Part shown: positions 53,745 to 64,000 of the stretch, piece after piece
Numbering within the stretch: the stretch's first letter is position 1
Layout: each line of letters starts with the position of its first letter
Source: Podarcis liolepis
Lineage: Eukaryota
Reading direction: 5' to 3' (one strand)
Assembly: GCA_965112155.1 (NCBI GenBank)
Contig: OZ218103.1
DNA length: 64,000 bases
The notes under the pieces: generated by a model
Told to the model about the DNA's origin: nothing
Seen by the model: the letters and a program-made list of their open reading frames with translations, nothing else
The model's database searches: none
Position numbers and translations under genes: made by a program

Positions 53745-53910
53745 GTATATTACTTATATCTTTGACCAAACTGCGGGAGGCAGTGGAAGACAGGAGTGCC
53801 TGGCGTGCTCTGGTCCATGGGGTCACGAAGAGTCAGACATGACTAAATGACTAAACAACAACATTACTTATATCCCGCCCATCTGGTTGGGCTTCCCCAG
53901 CCACTCTGAG
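53699..53910 (-). mobile_element. L2 family A extreme 3' end with (TAA)n tail, split by a Bov-B fragment
   Basis: tatatcccgcccatctggttgggcttccccagccactctg is the reverse complement of about 9683-9722. Confidence 0.75.
53761..53862 (+). mobile_element. Bov-B (RTE) LINE extreme 3' end, 102 bp
   Basis: Matches the last 100 bp of 59302-59740; 12-bp TSD attacttatatc (53749-53760, 53863-53874). Confidence 0.9.
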
Positions 53911-53951
53911 TGGAAGGACAGTAATTGTGTAGCCAATTGGTTATGTCTATG

Positions 53952-54192
53952 CAGTAGTACCTCAGAAGTCAAACGGAATCCGTTCCGGAAGTCCGTTTGA
54001 CTTCCAAAACGTTCGGAAGCCAAGGCGCAGCTTCTGATTGGCTGCAGGAAGCTCCTGCAGCCAACTGGAACCCACGTCGGACATTTGGGTTCAAAAGAAT
54101 GTTTGCAGACTGGAACACTCACTTCCGGGTTTGCAGCATTCAGGAGCCAAAACATTCGACTCGTAAGGCATTTGACTTCTGAGGTACGAATG
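53952..54192. mobile_element. Tc1/pogo-type MITE (second subfamily)
   Basis: cagtagtacctcagaagtcaaa ... tttgacttctgaggtacgaatg|TA. Confidence 0.85.
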
Positions 54193-55351
54193 TATAACAA
54201 TATTGGCAAGGACAAGTTAAACTTATGAGGAGTGCCCTCACACTTAAAATTGCCTTCAGTGATGTCATCATTTAGATTGTACAGTGTCACTGGGGAATGT
54301 GACAGTAGAAGGAAGTACAAGTGACTGAAATAAAACAGCACTCCATGGGGACAGCAAAGAGCTGTTAATTGCTGCATTGTTTCTAAATGATGTACAGTTT
54401 TGAGAAACTTCAGAAAACCATATCTGCAATCACCCTTTCATGTATGTAGTGAATTCATGCAGCCATTCATATGGGAGTGTCCAGGAAGACAATAATAGAT
54501 GAAAAATATTGTTCCTTTAACTGAATCCACATATGCAGTTGACCATATATTAGCACTGGAAAAGAAACTGCTAAAAGATTAAGAGTAAAAATGGGGGGGG
54601 GATTACTGAGTGTTAAAACACTGTCAGATTTTATATATTCTTGGTGGAGCTGTTTTCAGGAGTTCATGCCTGCTAAAAGTAGAGCATGATTAGGTGTGGG
54701 GAGAGAGAGATACAGTATCATAGATGGTAGAAAACTGCAGTCATCAGTACATTGGTCCATATCATGCAAACAATGTAGAGAGGGGCAATGGAAATTGAAC
54801 ACCAAAGTGACACACCAGAGGCCAAAACCAGCTAACTGAAGCCTGGGAAAACCAGCAAAGACTGGATCCTGATGAAAAACAACTGGAGTAGCTGGGCAGT
54901 AAGATTTCTGATAAGTTCAAGTGCTCAAAGTGCTTGTGATATACGTGATAATGGGACTGCAGTTGCACATTTTCTTGACTACATATTACAACAGACTTTC
55001 CCAGAGCCTGGCACCCTCCATATAGTCTGGAGCATAGTTCCTGCCATCCCTGACCACAAAAAAATAGCGTAGTAAGAAACAAATACAATACTCCCCCCCC
55101 CCCCAGTTTTAAATGCCATAGATTATCATTTGATGCAGTCTTACCAGTGCAGAATAGAGTGGAACTATTACTTCTTGTGATCTGTGCTTTTGCCTTTGTT
55201 GCTCACCTGAAAACAGAGAAAGGCCAGCCTAAGCTTTTTAATCCCCCCCCCATTTACTAAATTTCTATACCACCTTTCATCTGAAGATCACAGGGTGATT
55301 GACAACGTAAGTAACAAACAAAAACAACCCCCCCCCCATTACAGTTTAAAC

Positions 55352-55489
55352 CAGGCATAGGCAAACTCCGGCCCTCCAAATGTTTTGAGACAACAATTCC
55401 CATCATCCTTGACCGCTGGTCCTGTTAGCTAGGGATTATGGGAGTTGTAGTTCCAAAACATCTGGAGGGCCGGAGTTTGCCTATGCCTG
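55352..55489. mobile_element. Palindromic hAT-type MITE
   Basis: caggcataggcaaactccggccctcc ... ggagggccggagtttgcctatgcctg; TSD gtttaaac/gtttaaaa. Confidence 0.9.
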
Positions 55490-58400
55490 GTTTAAAAGGC
55501 TATAGATGGTTTAATTAGCAAAAAACCTTGGGTGTGAGTTCTATTACTAGGGCGCTGCATGCAAAAAGCCCCTGTTACATATCACCACCAACTGCAGCAG
55601 TCCTGGTGGCAGACTTGAAGCAGGGGCTTGAATAAGGACCACAATTGATGGACAGGGGTATGCAACAGAAAGACAGTGCTTCAAATACCCATGTCACAAG
55701 CAGGCCCAGCCCACCCATGAAGCAGGGTGAAGTAGCCTCCTCAGGTGGCAGAAGCCACTGAGGCACTGCCCCCCACAGGTGCCCCACCTACCCCGCTGCC
55801 TCCACTGCATATCAGCACCAAAACCAGTGGTGGAGGTGGTATGGCAGTACCATTGTAAATGGATGGTGAGGAAGCAGTGTGGTTGGAGGCAGGTGGCACA
55901 GCGGCACTGCCAGTGGTACAGGTGGACGTGTGAGTGGCGAAGCAGAGTGGGGTTGCACTTCCTGTTTTGCCTCAAGTGCACCACCCCTGGTCACAAGACA
56001 TTTAGGAACTCCTAGGTTGGTACATCATGAGAAGCTGAGTCTTTCTCAATCTGATCACAATACTCTGGAACGCCTTCTCCTGAGAATTTTCTATAGCCCC
56101 TTCACTAACTGTCTTTATGAAGGGAGCTAAAATCCTCTCTTTTCCCAGCAGCTCTTCTTGATGTATCTGGTTAGCTTTGCTCCTGTTGTATTCCATCTGG
56201 TGATTTTTTTTATTGGTCTTAAAAGCTTTATATCTCTGTATACTCCTTTGGAAGGTTTTGTTCTTTTCTTTTTTTTAATTAAAAGTGGTCATAGTGAAGT
56301 TTGAAAATAAATGAGTGAATATAGCCAGGGGAAAAGAGGTTCAGATAGAATTCCAGTCAATCTGCTGTGATATAATATGATTTGCTTTGGATTAGATGGG
56401 TCAGTCGGGAAAAACTGAAGATTATCCCACCCTTCTAGTGTCCAGGTACAACTTAGGGTGGCTCCTTGATAAAGATTCCACACATTTTTAAAATCAGTTT
56501 GCTGTTTTTTTTGCTTTCAAAGCTTTTTTGGTGGTCCCAACAATTTCCATATCCTAGGTAGCGATATTGATAAATGCTAACTCAAAGAATGATTTGTTTA
56601 AGTCAAATTGGAGAAAGCCTATTAATTATGCTGATTGTGGCTGGGATTTTGAAAATACTTAAATCCCATCTTCAGAAGCCTTTCTAGGAGCTTAAACCAC
56701 TTACTGCAGAATAATCCCATAATTGGGTCTGAAAGCCCTCAAGCCATGATGAAGTCATTTGAACTCAGCCCAGAAAGCCAGAAGTACTCTGTGGAGAATA
56801 GTTGAAGAATTGCAAGGAAAATCTTTCAGAAAACCAGTAAGACTAGGCTTTGAAGTTAAAAGTGTCATAATGTATAACATTGTCTCGTGTGTGCACTGCT
56901 CCAAATGAAAGATGACCCATGATTCTGCCTTTAAGGTGTTAGCTATTGAAAGGCACATGTGGGAGACTTAACAGATGAAAGTGAGCTATATAATTTTGAA
57001 GCAAGTCTGTATGTTCTGAAATCCAAATGAATTTTAAACTGTCAAGAGAAACCTAATATTACAAAGTACTCTGCACTGCATTGTTTTTGCTTTCTGGAGA
57101 GAAGAGAAACTCTATACAAAGATAAATATTTGAAAGACTTTGCATGTGCCATTTACATCTCAATCATATACATGCCTACTCTGAAGTAAATCCATCTAAG
57201 TTCAGTAGCGCTTACTATAAGGGTAAGTAAGTGTGGGATTGCAGCCTTAAAGTGCCTTTGAGCCTCTCCTCTCCTCTTATTGTACATTTGTTTGTTTGTT
57301 TCATAAATTTATATGAAATATAAGCCCAAAGAAGCTCCTAGGACAACTAACAAATCCAAAGCATTAAGGGCAACAAACTATAATCTTCAAGCATGATAAT
57401 AATGGCAGAACAGCAACATATGAGAAAAGGATATTAAAAGCAAATAAAAAGTAGGGCCAGCGAAAATGCAAACCGTTATTAAAACAGCATAACAACAACA
57501 ACAAAATGTTTAAGCCTGGTGCTAAAAAGATAGAAGGCATCAGATGAGCAGTCTCCAATTAAAATTACAATTTCACCACCTTAGTTTTTCTTTTTCCTCA
57601 AAAGAATATGTATGCAAAATAGTGCGTGCATGCGTGCGTGCGCGCGCGCGCGCACACACACACACACACACACTTTATTTAAACAAACTCCCAACTCAAC
57701 ACTTGGTGAGGCATCCATGAAATTGAAAATCTTTCCCCTGATACTGTTGATTTCCCTGGAGAGCATTGACTCTCTGGCACAGAGAGACCAGGGCAAAGGA
57801 AATTGGAATCAGCGAAACTGACAAGAAATTGAGAGGCTCAAGAGACTGGGAACAGTGAAGGAAATGGCAGTGGATATGTATGCGGACATGTAGGAGAGTC
57901 TCCATTAATGTTATGGTAGCTCATTTTGAGAGCTGGTTTGGCGCATAACAGTAACTTTGGGTCAGCAGACTGGGCTGAAAGGCTTATTAGCCTGCCTAAT
58001 GTCTACGATTCCATGATCACCAAAATTGGAGAACCCTTAAGCACAGGCTATTGGTTGCTTACATAGAGTGCTTGATTAAAACTCCATCATTCAACTGTGA
58101 TTTTTTGAGTGGTAATGAGTGGTTGACTTGTTGTCTGCTTCTGTGCCCCTTTGCCACTGATATGGAAATGAATCTACATGCAGTAACACACTGGTATGTA
58201 AAATATTAATGTCTTTCAATATGATAATACACAATAAAAAAATAAATGTTTTACTGTGTGTGTGTGGGGGGTATTTTTTAAAACCAATTTTGCCCACAAA
58301 CTTATTTTGCAATTGCATAAGGAACCTATGTTTTACTCTTCCCTATTACCTAGTTCTGTCTAAGGAATGTTATACGCACTTTTAAGACCGTTGAACTGGC

Positions 58401-58605
58401 ACACAAAATCATAAGCAGCACAAATTTTCCCAATTATCCCACTCAGGGGTGCAATTAACTGCACTTTTCCTGGGTGTCTTTTTTCCTCTTAAGTGAAAAT
58501 TACTAGGGAGGCTTTAAGCAAATCAGCCGTCATTCTCTTCCATTCTAACTCGCACAGGTCCTGAGGAAACTATATAGTTTTTGTGGTTGTTTTTGTCTCA
58601 AAAGC

Positions 58606-58606
<1 letters not shown>

Positions 58607-58657
<51 letters not shown>
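58607..58657. repeat. (GA)n microsatellite
   Basis: Seen directly. Confidence 0.95.
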
Positions 58658-58663
<6 letters not shown>

Positions 58664-58960
58664 GAAGAACAATAGCTCATCAAATTCTTCATCTTTCTTG
58701 GAACAAAACAAAATGAATGTTGACAATTCTTACCTAAATCTTGATGTGCGTCTTGCTAAAACACACATCACCAAGTGCTCCATCATATCCTAGACAATCT
58801 GGCAGCTGTTTCTGCACTGTGATGTGGTAACTCAAAGCACAACTCAGGAAGTCCACCTGCATTGTGTTCCAGCGCTGACTGGAAGGAGAGAAGAATTATT
58901 ATTCCTATGATCAACATCAGAAGCTGCCTTACAGAAGGTCAGGCTGTTTTGCCACCTAGA

Positions 58961-59082
58961 CCAGCTGTGGGGATCCTTTGACCCTCCAGATGTTGTTGTA
59001 CTACAACTCCCATCATCCCTGGCCATGGTCCATAGTTTCTAGGTGTTGTTCAGCAACATCTGGAGGGCCAATGATTCTCCAC
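58961..59082. mobile_element. Degenerate palindromic hAT-type MITE
   Basis: ccctccagatgttgttg.actacaactcccatcatccct ... caacatctggagggcc. Confidence 0.7.
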
Positions 59083-59301
59083 AGCAGTATTATCTACTCT
59101 GAGTGACAGCAGGGGCTCTCCACAGTCTTGGGAAGAAGTCTTCCGCATCACTTGCCCCATCCTTTAAAACAAAAACAACAACAACAACAACAACAACAAA
59201 AACTGGAGATGCTAGGACCTGGAGAAGCAACCTGGGGCCTTCTACAGACAAATATGTTCCGCCAAGTAAATGACCGTATTTACACAAAAGTAATGTGCAC
59301 A

Positions 59302-59740
59302 TTTTCCCAGTAGTGATGTATGGAAGTGAGAGCTGGACCATAAAGAAGGCTGATCGCCGAAGAATTGATGCTTCTGAATTATGGTACTGGAGGAGACTCT
59401 TGAGAGTCCCATAGACTACAAGAAGATCAAACCTATCCATTCTTAAGGAAATCAGCCCTGAGTGCTCACTGGAAGGACAGATCGTGAAGCTGAGGCTCCA
59501 ATACTTTGGCCCCCTCATGAGAAGAGAAGACTCCCTGGAAAAGACCCTGATGTCGGGAAAGATGGAGGGCACAAGGAGAAGGGGACGACAGAGGACGAGA
59601 TGGTTGGATAGTGTTCTCGAAGCTACCAGCATGAGTTTGATCAAACTGCGGGAGGCAGTGGAAGACAGAAGTGCCTGGCGTGCTCTGGTCCATGGGGTCA
59701 CGAAGAGTCGGACATGACTAAACGACTAAACAACAACAAC
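59302..59740 (+). mobile_element. 5'-truncated Bov-B (RTE) LINE
   Basis: FPVVMYGSESWTIKKADRRRIDA.ELW.WRRLLRVP...KLRLQYFG.LMRREDSLEKTLM.GKMEGTRRRGRQRTRWLD...WRALVHGVTKSRT, (CAA)n tail, 10-bp TSD aatgtgcaca (59292-59301, 59741-59750). Confidence 0.95.
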
Positions 59741-59931
59741 AATGTGCACAAATTAGATTTGCAAAATTAGATTTGATGGTGCACTGGCATTCACCAGCAA
59801 ATACTTTTTTGGTTTCAAGGTTTTGAAAATTGAGGTGCGCATTAGATTTGATGACGCATTAGATTCGCGTAAATACGGTATGCTTCCTGTTAATAGCCTG
59901 AATGACTTCCCCTCTTTTCTAGCCCATGCTA

Positions 59932-60448
59932 TGTCCTGAGTACACACGCAGCCCAAGGAGGACAAATGGCTGGCAGTTTAATTCTTTATTTACAAAGCAC
60001 AAACTTACAGTAGTAGTGCTAGAGGTGCACAGACCCACATGCTTCTGGTAGCTAGGCAGGTGCTACCCTCCCTGGTCTTATGCTGGGAGCTGAACTGTTG
60101 GAGCAAGCGGTAGCCAGGCCACCACCCTAAAAACCCTCACCTGACGACATAAGCGCATGCAACCTGTGACTCTTTTGACGCAGAAGTTGTCATTTTGCCT
60201 GCCTCTTCAGGCCCCTCCTGGTCCCAGGGGACAGCGAGGGAAGGAGCAGAGGGAATTCCACCCCCCTCCTTTCAGGCACTGTCTCTCCATCAGCTCCTGG
60301 CATCTCATGCCCTTCATCCCCCATCATCCTCCAGCTCTGACTCCTGTTCACGGGAGGCACAAAACCCCATCATTCACTACCCCCTGGATCAGTCTCTGGC
60401 CCAGCTACCTCTTCTGCCCATTCCACAGAGCCCTGCCAGTCCCTGGCA
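59932..60448 (-). mobile_element. Probable solo LTR (about 517 bp)
   Basis: The - strand begins TGCCAGGGA and ends CAGGACA, is purine-rich in its 5' half and has AATAAA about 55 bp from the end; TSD degenerate. Confidence 0.6.
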
Positions 60449-61551
60449 TCCTTTGACTTGTAGGGCAGAAAGGGCAGAAATGTAATGCGGCCTCTTGGAT
60501 CATTCTTCAAAAAGGGGGGATGAAAGGAAGGATTTCTTAACACTGATGAATAAGGGCTTTTGCTCTCATTTTGCATTGAGCACAGCAGAAGTAGTCTTCA
60601 GTGTGGATATCAAACGGGACAGTTGGAGGTGGCATCTAACAGAATTTTTCATTCTTATTTCCTTAGTGTAGCTTCCAGCCTCAGCTTCAGTCTTAACAGT
60701 CATTGCGAGCACCAACCTGTTCATCACTTTCTTTTTAAGCCCTGTTCTGTCTTTAAATCTCTGCTGTGGGGGATTCCCTCCATCTGCCTCCTTTTCTCTT
60801 TCTACTTTGAGAACAGATACCAAATGCTCAAACTTTTACAGGCTTATTAGATGTGCTCTTGAGATCATTCTCATGTAAAAAAAAATATACTGTTTGCTTA
60901 AAACCAAATAAAAACACTATTAATTGATTGAACTAGATTGTTCAGTCTCGAGTGCATAGAGTTTTTAAAAGGACCATTCAATACAAACAAATGCTTGTCC
61001 TATGGGGTTAGGAAGATAACTATCTCTAATCATATTTAGATAAGAGATTTTGTTTTTCAAAGTAGAATGAGTTTCCAAAAAAAAAAAAAGTAGTTTGTGT
61101 GCATCTTTTTTAAAAAAATACATGTCATAACTGGCAAGTTACACAGCTATTGCTAGAGTGAATAAGTGTGTTTCATTGTACAGATTAACAACGCAGTTTA
61201 AAACTTAATTATTGCTGTGGTTCAGCATTAATGCTAATTGACTGTCAAATCCGCTGTTGCCAGTTTTGATGTGTTATCAAAATTCCTAATCAGTGTATTG
61301 CTTACTATGTCAACATTGCCATACTCAATCAAAAAATGAATGAATAAGGTGGGAAAATGCTTCAATCTGGCCTTTGTAACCTGATGGCTTCGTGCATGCA
61401 GCCAAAGCTCAATGAATGGGCACATACATTGCTCAGAGCAGATCTCAGGTTTCCATTTAGCTAGGTTTGGATGTCTCAACCAGGCAGGAACCATATATGT
61501 TCTGTCACCTTAATTCCCCCCCCCCCAGCTTACAGTTCTCTGAAGCATTGT

Positions 61552-61942
61552 TGTTGGGAAACTGCCAGGGAGATAGTGTCCATCATGAGCCCCCAAGCCG
61601 GAGTTCTGGACGATCCATCGGCCTCCCGTAGACAGGCAGATCCAGCAGTTAGCGACACGAAGCCTCTGGAAATTCCTAGCCACATTCCAGGGCTGGGTGT
61701 ACACTGTTTATCAGCAGAAACACAGCCAAAAGCTTGCACCGCAGAAGAGCATAATTTACAGACTTTATTAGCGTTTAACAGAACAAAAGAAAACGTGACC
61801 GTTCTGTGTCAGCATCTTCGGCCAACTGAGAAAACGAAAGGAAAAAACAGCAAGCATAAACATCCTGTGAATAGGACATGCGCAGACTCTGTTGCTTACA
61901 AAAGCCTGCTCCCTTTTAAGGTGGAACGGAAATATCCTAACA
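61552..61942 (-). mobile_element. 3' LTR of the copia element (391 bp)
   Basis: On the - strand it starts TGTTAGGA immediately after the PPT and ends TCCCAACA (7/8 inverted termini). AATAAA at 61764-61769 (-). The pol stop codon falls in the first bases of the LTR. Confidence 0.85.
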
Positions 61943-64000
61943 TCCTCCCCCTTTCCGTGTAACCTGTTGTACCTGTGGTTCACTCAATTGCAACCTTTGT
62001 ACATAAACCTTATGTTGTTCTTTGTTAACAACCTTAGACAACAGATCAGCAGGGATTTCATTTCCTGCCATGTAGGACACCTGAATCAGTCCTTTCTGAA
62101 TACACTCTCTTGCACGATGTAGCTTAATCTGCAAGTACTTGGTTCTCTGCTTGCAACTCTCGGAGTTCAGCAAAGCCAAACACGATCTATTGTCTTGATA
62201 CACTTGTATAGGACATTTCACAGAAACCCCGATGTCCTTAAACAGTTGCATCAACCATTCACAATCCATGAGTGAAAATGACAGAGCATTGAGTTCTGCT
62301 TCACAGGAACTTAGGCTCACTGTTGTTTGCTTCTTGCACAACCAGTCAAACAGGCAGTGGTTGTACATGTAGCATACTCCAGAAGTGCTTGTACCATCCG
62401 TGGTGTCACTTCCAAAACTTGCATCTGCAAAGATTTCAAGACCTCCAGTCTTCTGACTGGTGAACCTCAGCCTGTAGTGCATAGTCCCTTTCAAATAGCG
62501 GGCTATGCGCTTCAGAGCTTTCCAATCCTGAACCGTAGGATTGTTGGCATGCCTGCTAAGCAAATTACAGCTTACAGCTATGTCAGGTCTTGAACATCTG
62601 GCAATGAAATTCAGCTTGCCTAGAATGCATCTATATAGCGTTGTGTCAGAAAACGCTTCAGCAGTACTGTCTACCTGGTAACCTGTCACCATCGGTGTGT
62701 CTGCTGGGTTTGCATCAACCAAATTCAACCTGGTTAATACATCAGCAATTTTCTGTGTTTGGTGTACCAGAAAATTACCTGCTTGGTCCTTCTCCACCTG
62801 CAGAGAAAGATAGTTGGATACCTCACCAAGATCCTTCATGTCAAAGTGCTCCTTCAGTTGAGCTAGGGTGCTTTGGTAAAAAGCCTGATTCTTCCAAAAC
62901 ATCAGAAGATCATCAACAAAACATAAACAATACAGTTTGTTTTGCCCCTCCTCCTTGACAAACACACATGGATCAGCTTTGCCCTGGTGAAAACCTAGAG
63001 AAAGCAATGTCTCAGTGAGTTTTGTGTTCCAACACCTGGCACTCTGTTTGAGACCATATAAGGATTTCCGCAGTTTACAGACCATACCCTTCTGTATCTC
63101 CATCCCATCAGGTGGAAGCATGAACAGCTCCTCCCCCAAAATCCCATACAAAAAAGCTGTATTAATGTCGTGGTGAGAAACATGCAGTTTCTCCTCCGCA
63201 GCGATCTTGAGCATCAGCCGAATGCTCTCATATTTGACTGTGGGTGAGTAGGTCTCATGGTAATCCTGTCCTGGTACCTGTGAAAAACCTCTGGCAACCA
63301 ACCTGGCTTTGTGTCTGACTACCTTGCCATTCTGGTCTGTCTTGGCCTTGAAGACCCATTTGCTGCCAACCAGTCTCATTCCTGGGACTACCGGTACCAA
63401 TTCCCAAGTTTGGTTCCTGTTCAAGGAATCAACTTCAGCCTTCATGGCATTAAGCCAAGGCTCAGCATCTTTAGAGGTTAACTCCTGAACCTCTTTGAAG
63501 CTTGAAGGTTCCCATACCTTCTCTGAGCTACTAAGAACAGCTGTTGCTGTCTTAGCAAACTCATCAGCATACCTCTTTGGAGGTCTGCCCTTGGTCGCCC
63601 TTTCAGATCTGCGTACTAGACGCAAGTCTTCTGGACTCATCTCCTCTTTCTTAGGAGAAAAATGACCAATGGTGAACAGTGGTTCTTCCAGTTCATTGTC
63701 AGACGCATCAGATGGTCTGACTGAGGCCTGTGCGCTCTTGTAGTCTGCTGTGTCATCACTTTCACTGACATCAGCAGCAGCGCCGCCCACTGAACTGGAA
63801 TCCGAACTCTGATCATCATCATCCTCATCCTCATCCTCATCCTCATCAGCAGCAGCAGCTTCCTCAGCTTTAGCTGCTTGCTTGACATCACCTTCATCCT
63901 CCTCTGGGTAACTCTGGAAAATTCCCACATTTTCCCCCCACTTAGGATTGTACTCAACACTCCTTGTGAACTTAATGGACTTAGAGTCAGTCATCCATAC
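61937..64000 (-). CDS. Ty1/copia pol polyprotein, 3' part (integrase C-terminal tail, reverse transcriptase, RNase H); runs off the window
   Basis: Stop-free frame of at least 685 aa, open to the window edge. Copia motifs: WLNAMKAEVDSLNRNQTWELV, KWVFKAK, KARLVARGFSQVPGQDY.ETYSP, D..TAFLYG, LRKSLYGLKQSARCWN, FVDD, RPDIA; RNase H FADASF, SSCEAE, YQDN, ADLLSK. Domain order IN-RT-RH. Confidence 0.97.
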   Translation of the reverse strand, partial: VWMTDSKSIKFTRSVEYNPKWGENVGIFQSYPEEDEGDVKQAAKAEEAAAADEDEDEDEDDDDQSSDSSSVGGAAADVSESDDTADYKSAQASVRPSDASDNELEEPLFTIGHFSPKKEEMSPEDLRLVRRSERATKGRPPKRYADEFAKTATAVLSSSEKVWEPSSFKEVQELTSKDAEPWLNAMKAEVDSLNRNQTWELVPVVPGMRLVGSKWVFKAKTDQNGKVVRHKARLVARGFSQVPGQDYHETYSPTVKYESIRLMLKIAAEEKLHVSHHDINTAFLYGILGEELFMLPPDGMEIQKGMVCKLRKSLYGLKQSARCWNTKLTETLLSLGFHQGKADPCVFVKEEGQNKLYCLCFVDDLLMFWKNQAFYQSTLAQLKEHFDMKDLGEVSNYLSLQVEKDQAGNFLVHQTQKIADVLTRLNLVDANPADTPMVTGYQVDSTAEAFSDTTLYRCILGKLNFIARCSRPDIAVSCNLLSRHANNPTVQDWKALKRIARYLKGTMHYRLRFTSQKTGGLEIFADASFGSDTTDGTSTSGVCYMYNHCLFDWLCKKQTTVSLSSCEAELNALSFSLMDCEWLMQLFKDIGVSVKCPIQVYQDNRSCLALLNSESCKQRTKYLQIKLHRARECIQKGLIQVSYMAGNEIPADLLSKVVNKEQHKVYVQRLQLSEPQVQQVTRKGGGC
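61943..61956 (-). other. Polypurine tract of the copia element
   Basis: GGAAAGGGGGAGGA directly abutting the TG of the 3' LTR. Confidence 0.9.

Noticed and set aside
53868-54377. 169-aa ORF and similar ORFs over MITEs and SINEs (36478-36845, 39607-39874, 45119-45586, 46740-46970)
   Set aside because: Translations of non-coding repeats or N gaps.
59090-59701. 203-aa ORF on the - strand
   Set aside because: Antisense frame of the Bov-B fragment plus a (TTG)n repeat.
61471-61962. 163-aa + strand ORF across the copia LTR
   Set aside because: It begins in host DNA outside the LTR and has no recognisable motifs; likely chance.

Overview
Eukaryotic, AT-rich genomic DNA from a squamate reptile. 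A lacertid lizard is the best inference, from the six Sauria (Squam1)-type SINEs and the Bov-B ends. The whole window lies inside one large + strand gene, the receptor tyrosine phosphatase PTPRT (RPTP-rho). Four coding exons with canonical AG/GT junctions and compatible phases are present (21165-21436, 25724-25805, 29332-29447, 33442-33616) and encode the MAM and Ig domains; the exons before and after them lie outside the window. The remainder is intron packed with transposable elements: SINEs, Bov-B/RTE/L2/CR1 LINE fragments, Tc1/pogo-type and hAT-type MITEs, solo LTRs, microsatellites and several nested insertions. The right end holds the 3' half of an apparently intact Ty1/copia retrotransposon on the - strand (open IN-tail/RT/RNase H frame, PPT, 391-bp LTR). 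Leads most worth follow-up: (1) a young 747-bp hAT element carrying about 500 bp of CpG-island-like cargo (Pack-type capture); (2) the intact copia element with an FVDD active site; (3) two or three solo LTRs whose U3 appears to encode an acidic-then-basic peptide in a conserved frame. Nearly all short ORFs in the supplied track are spurious. No database search was run, so family names rest on motif recognition.
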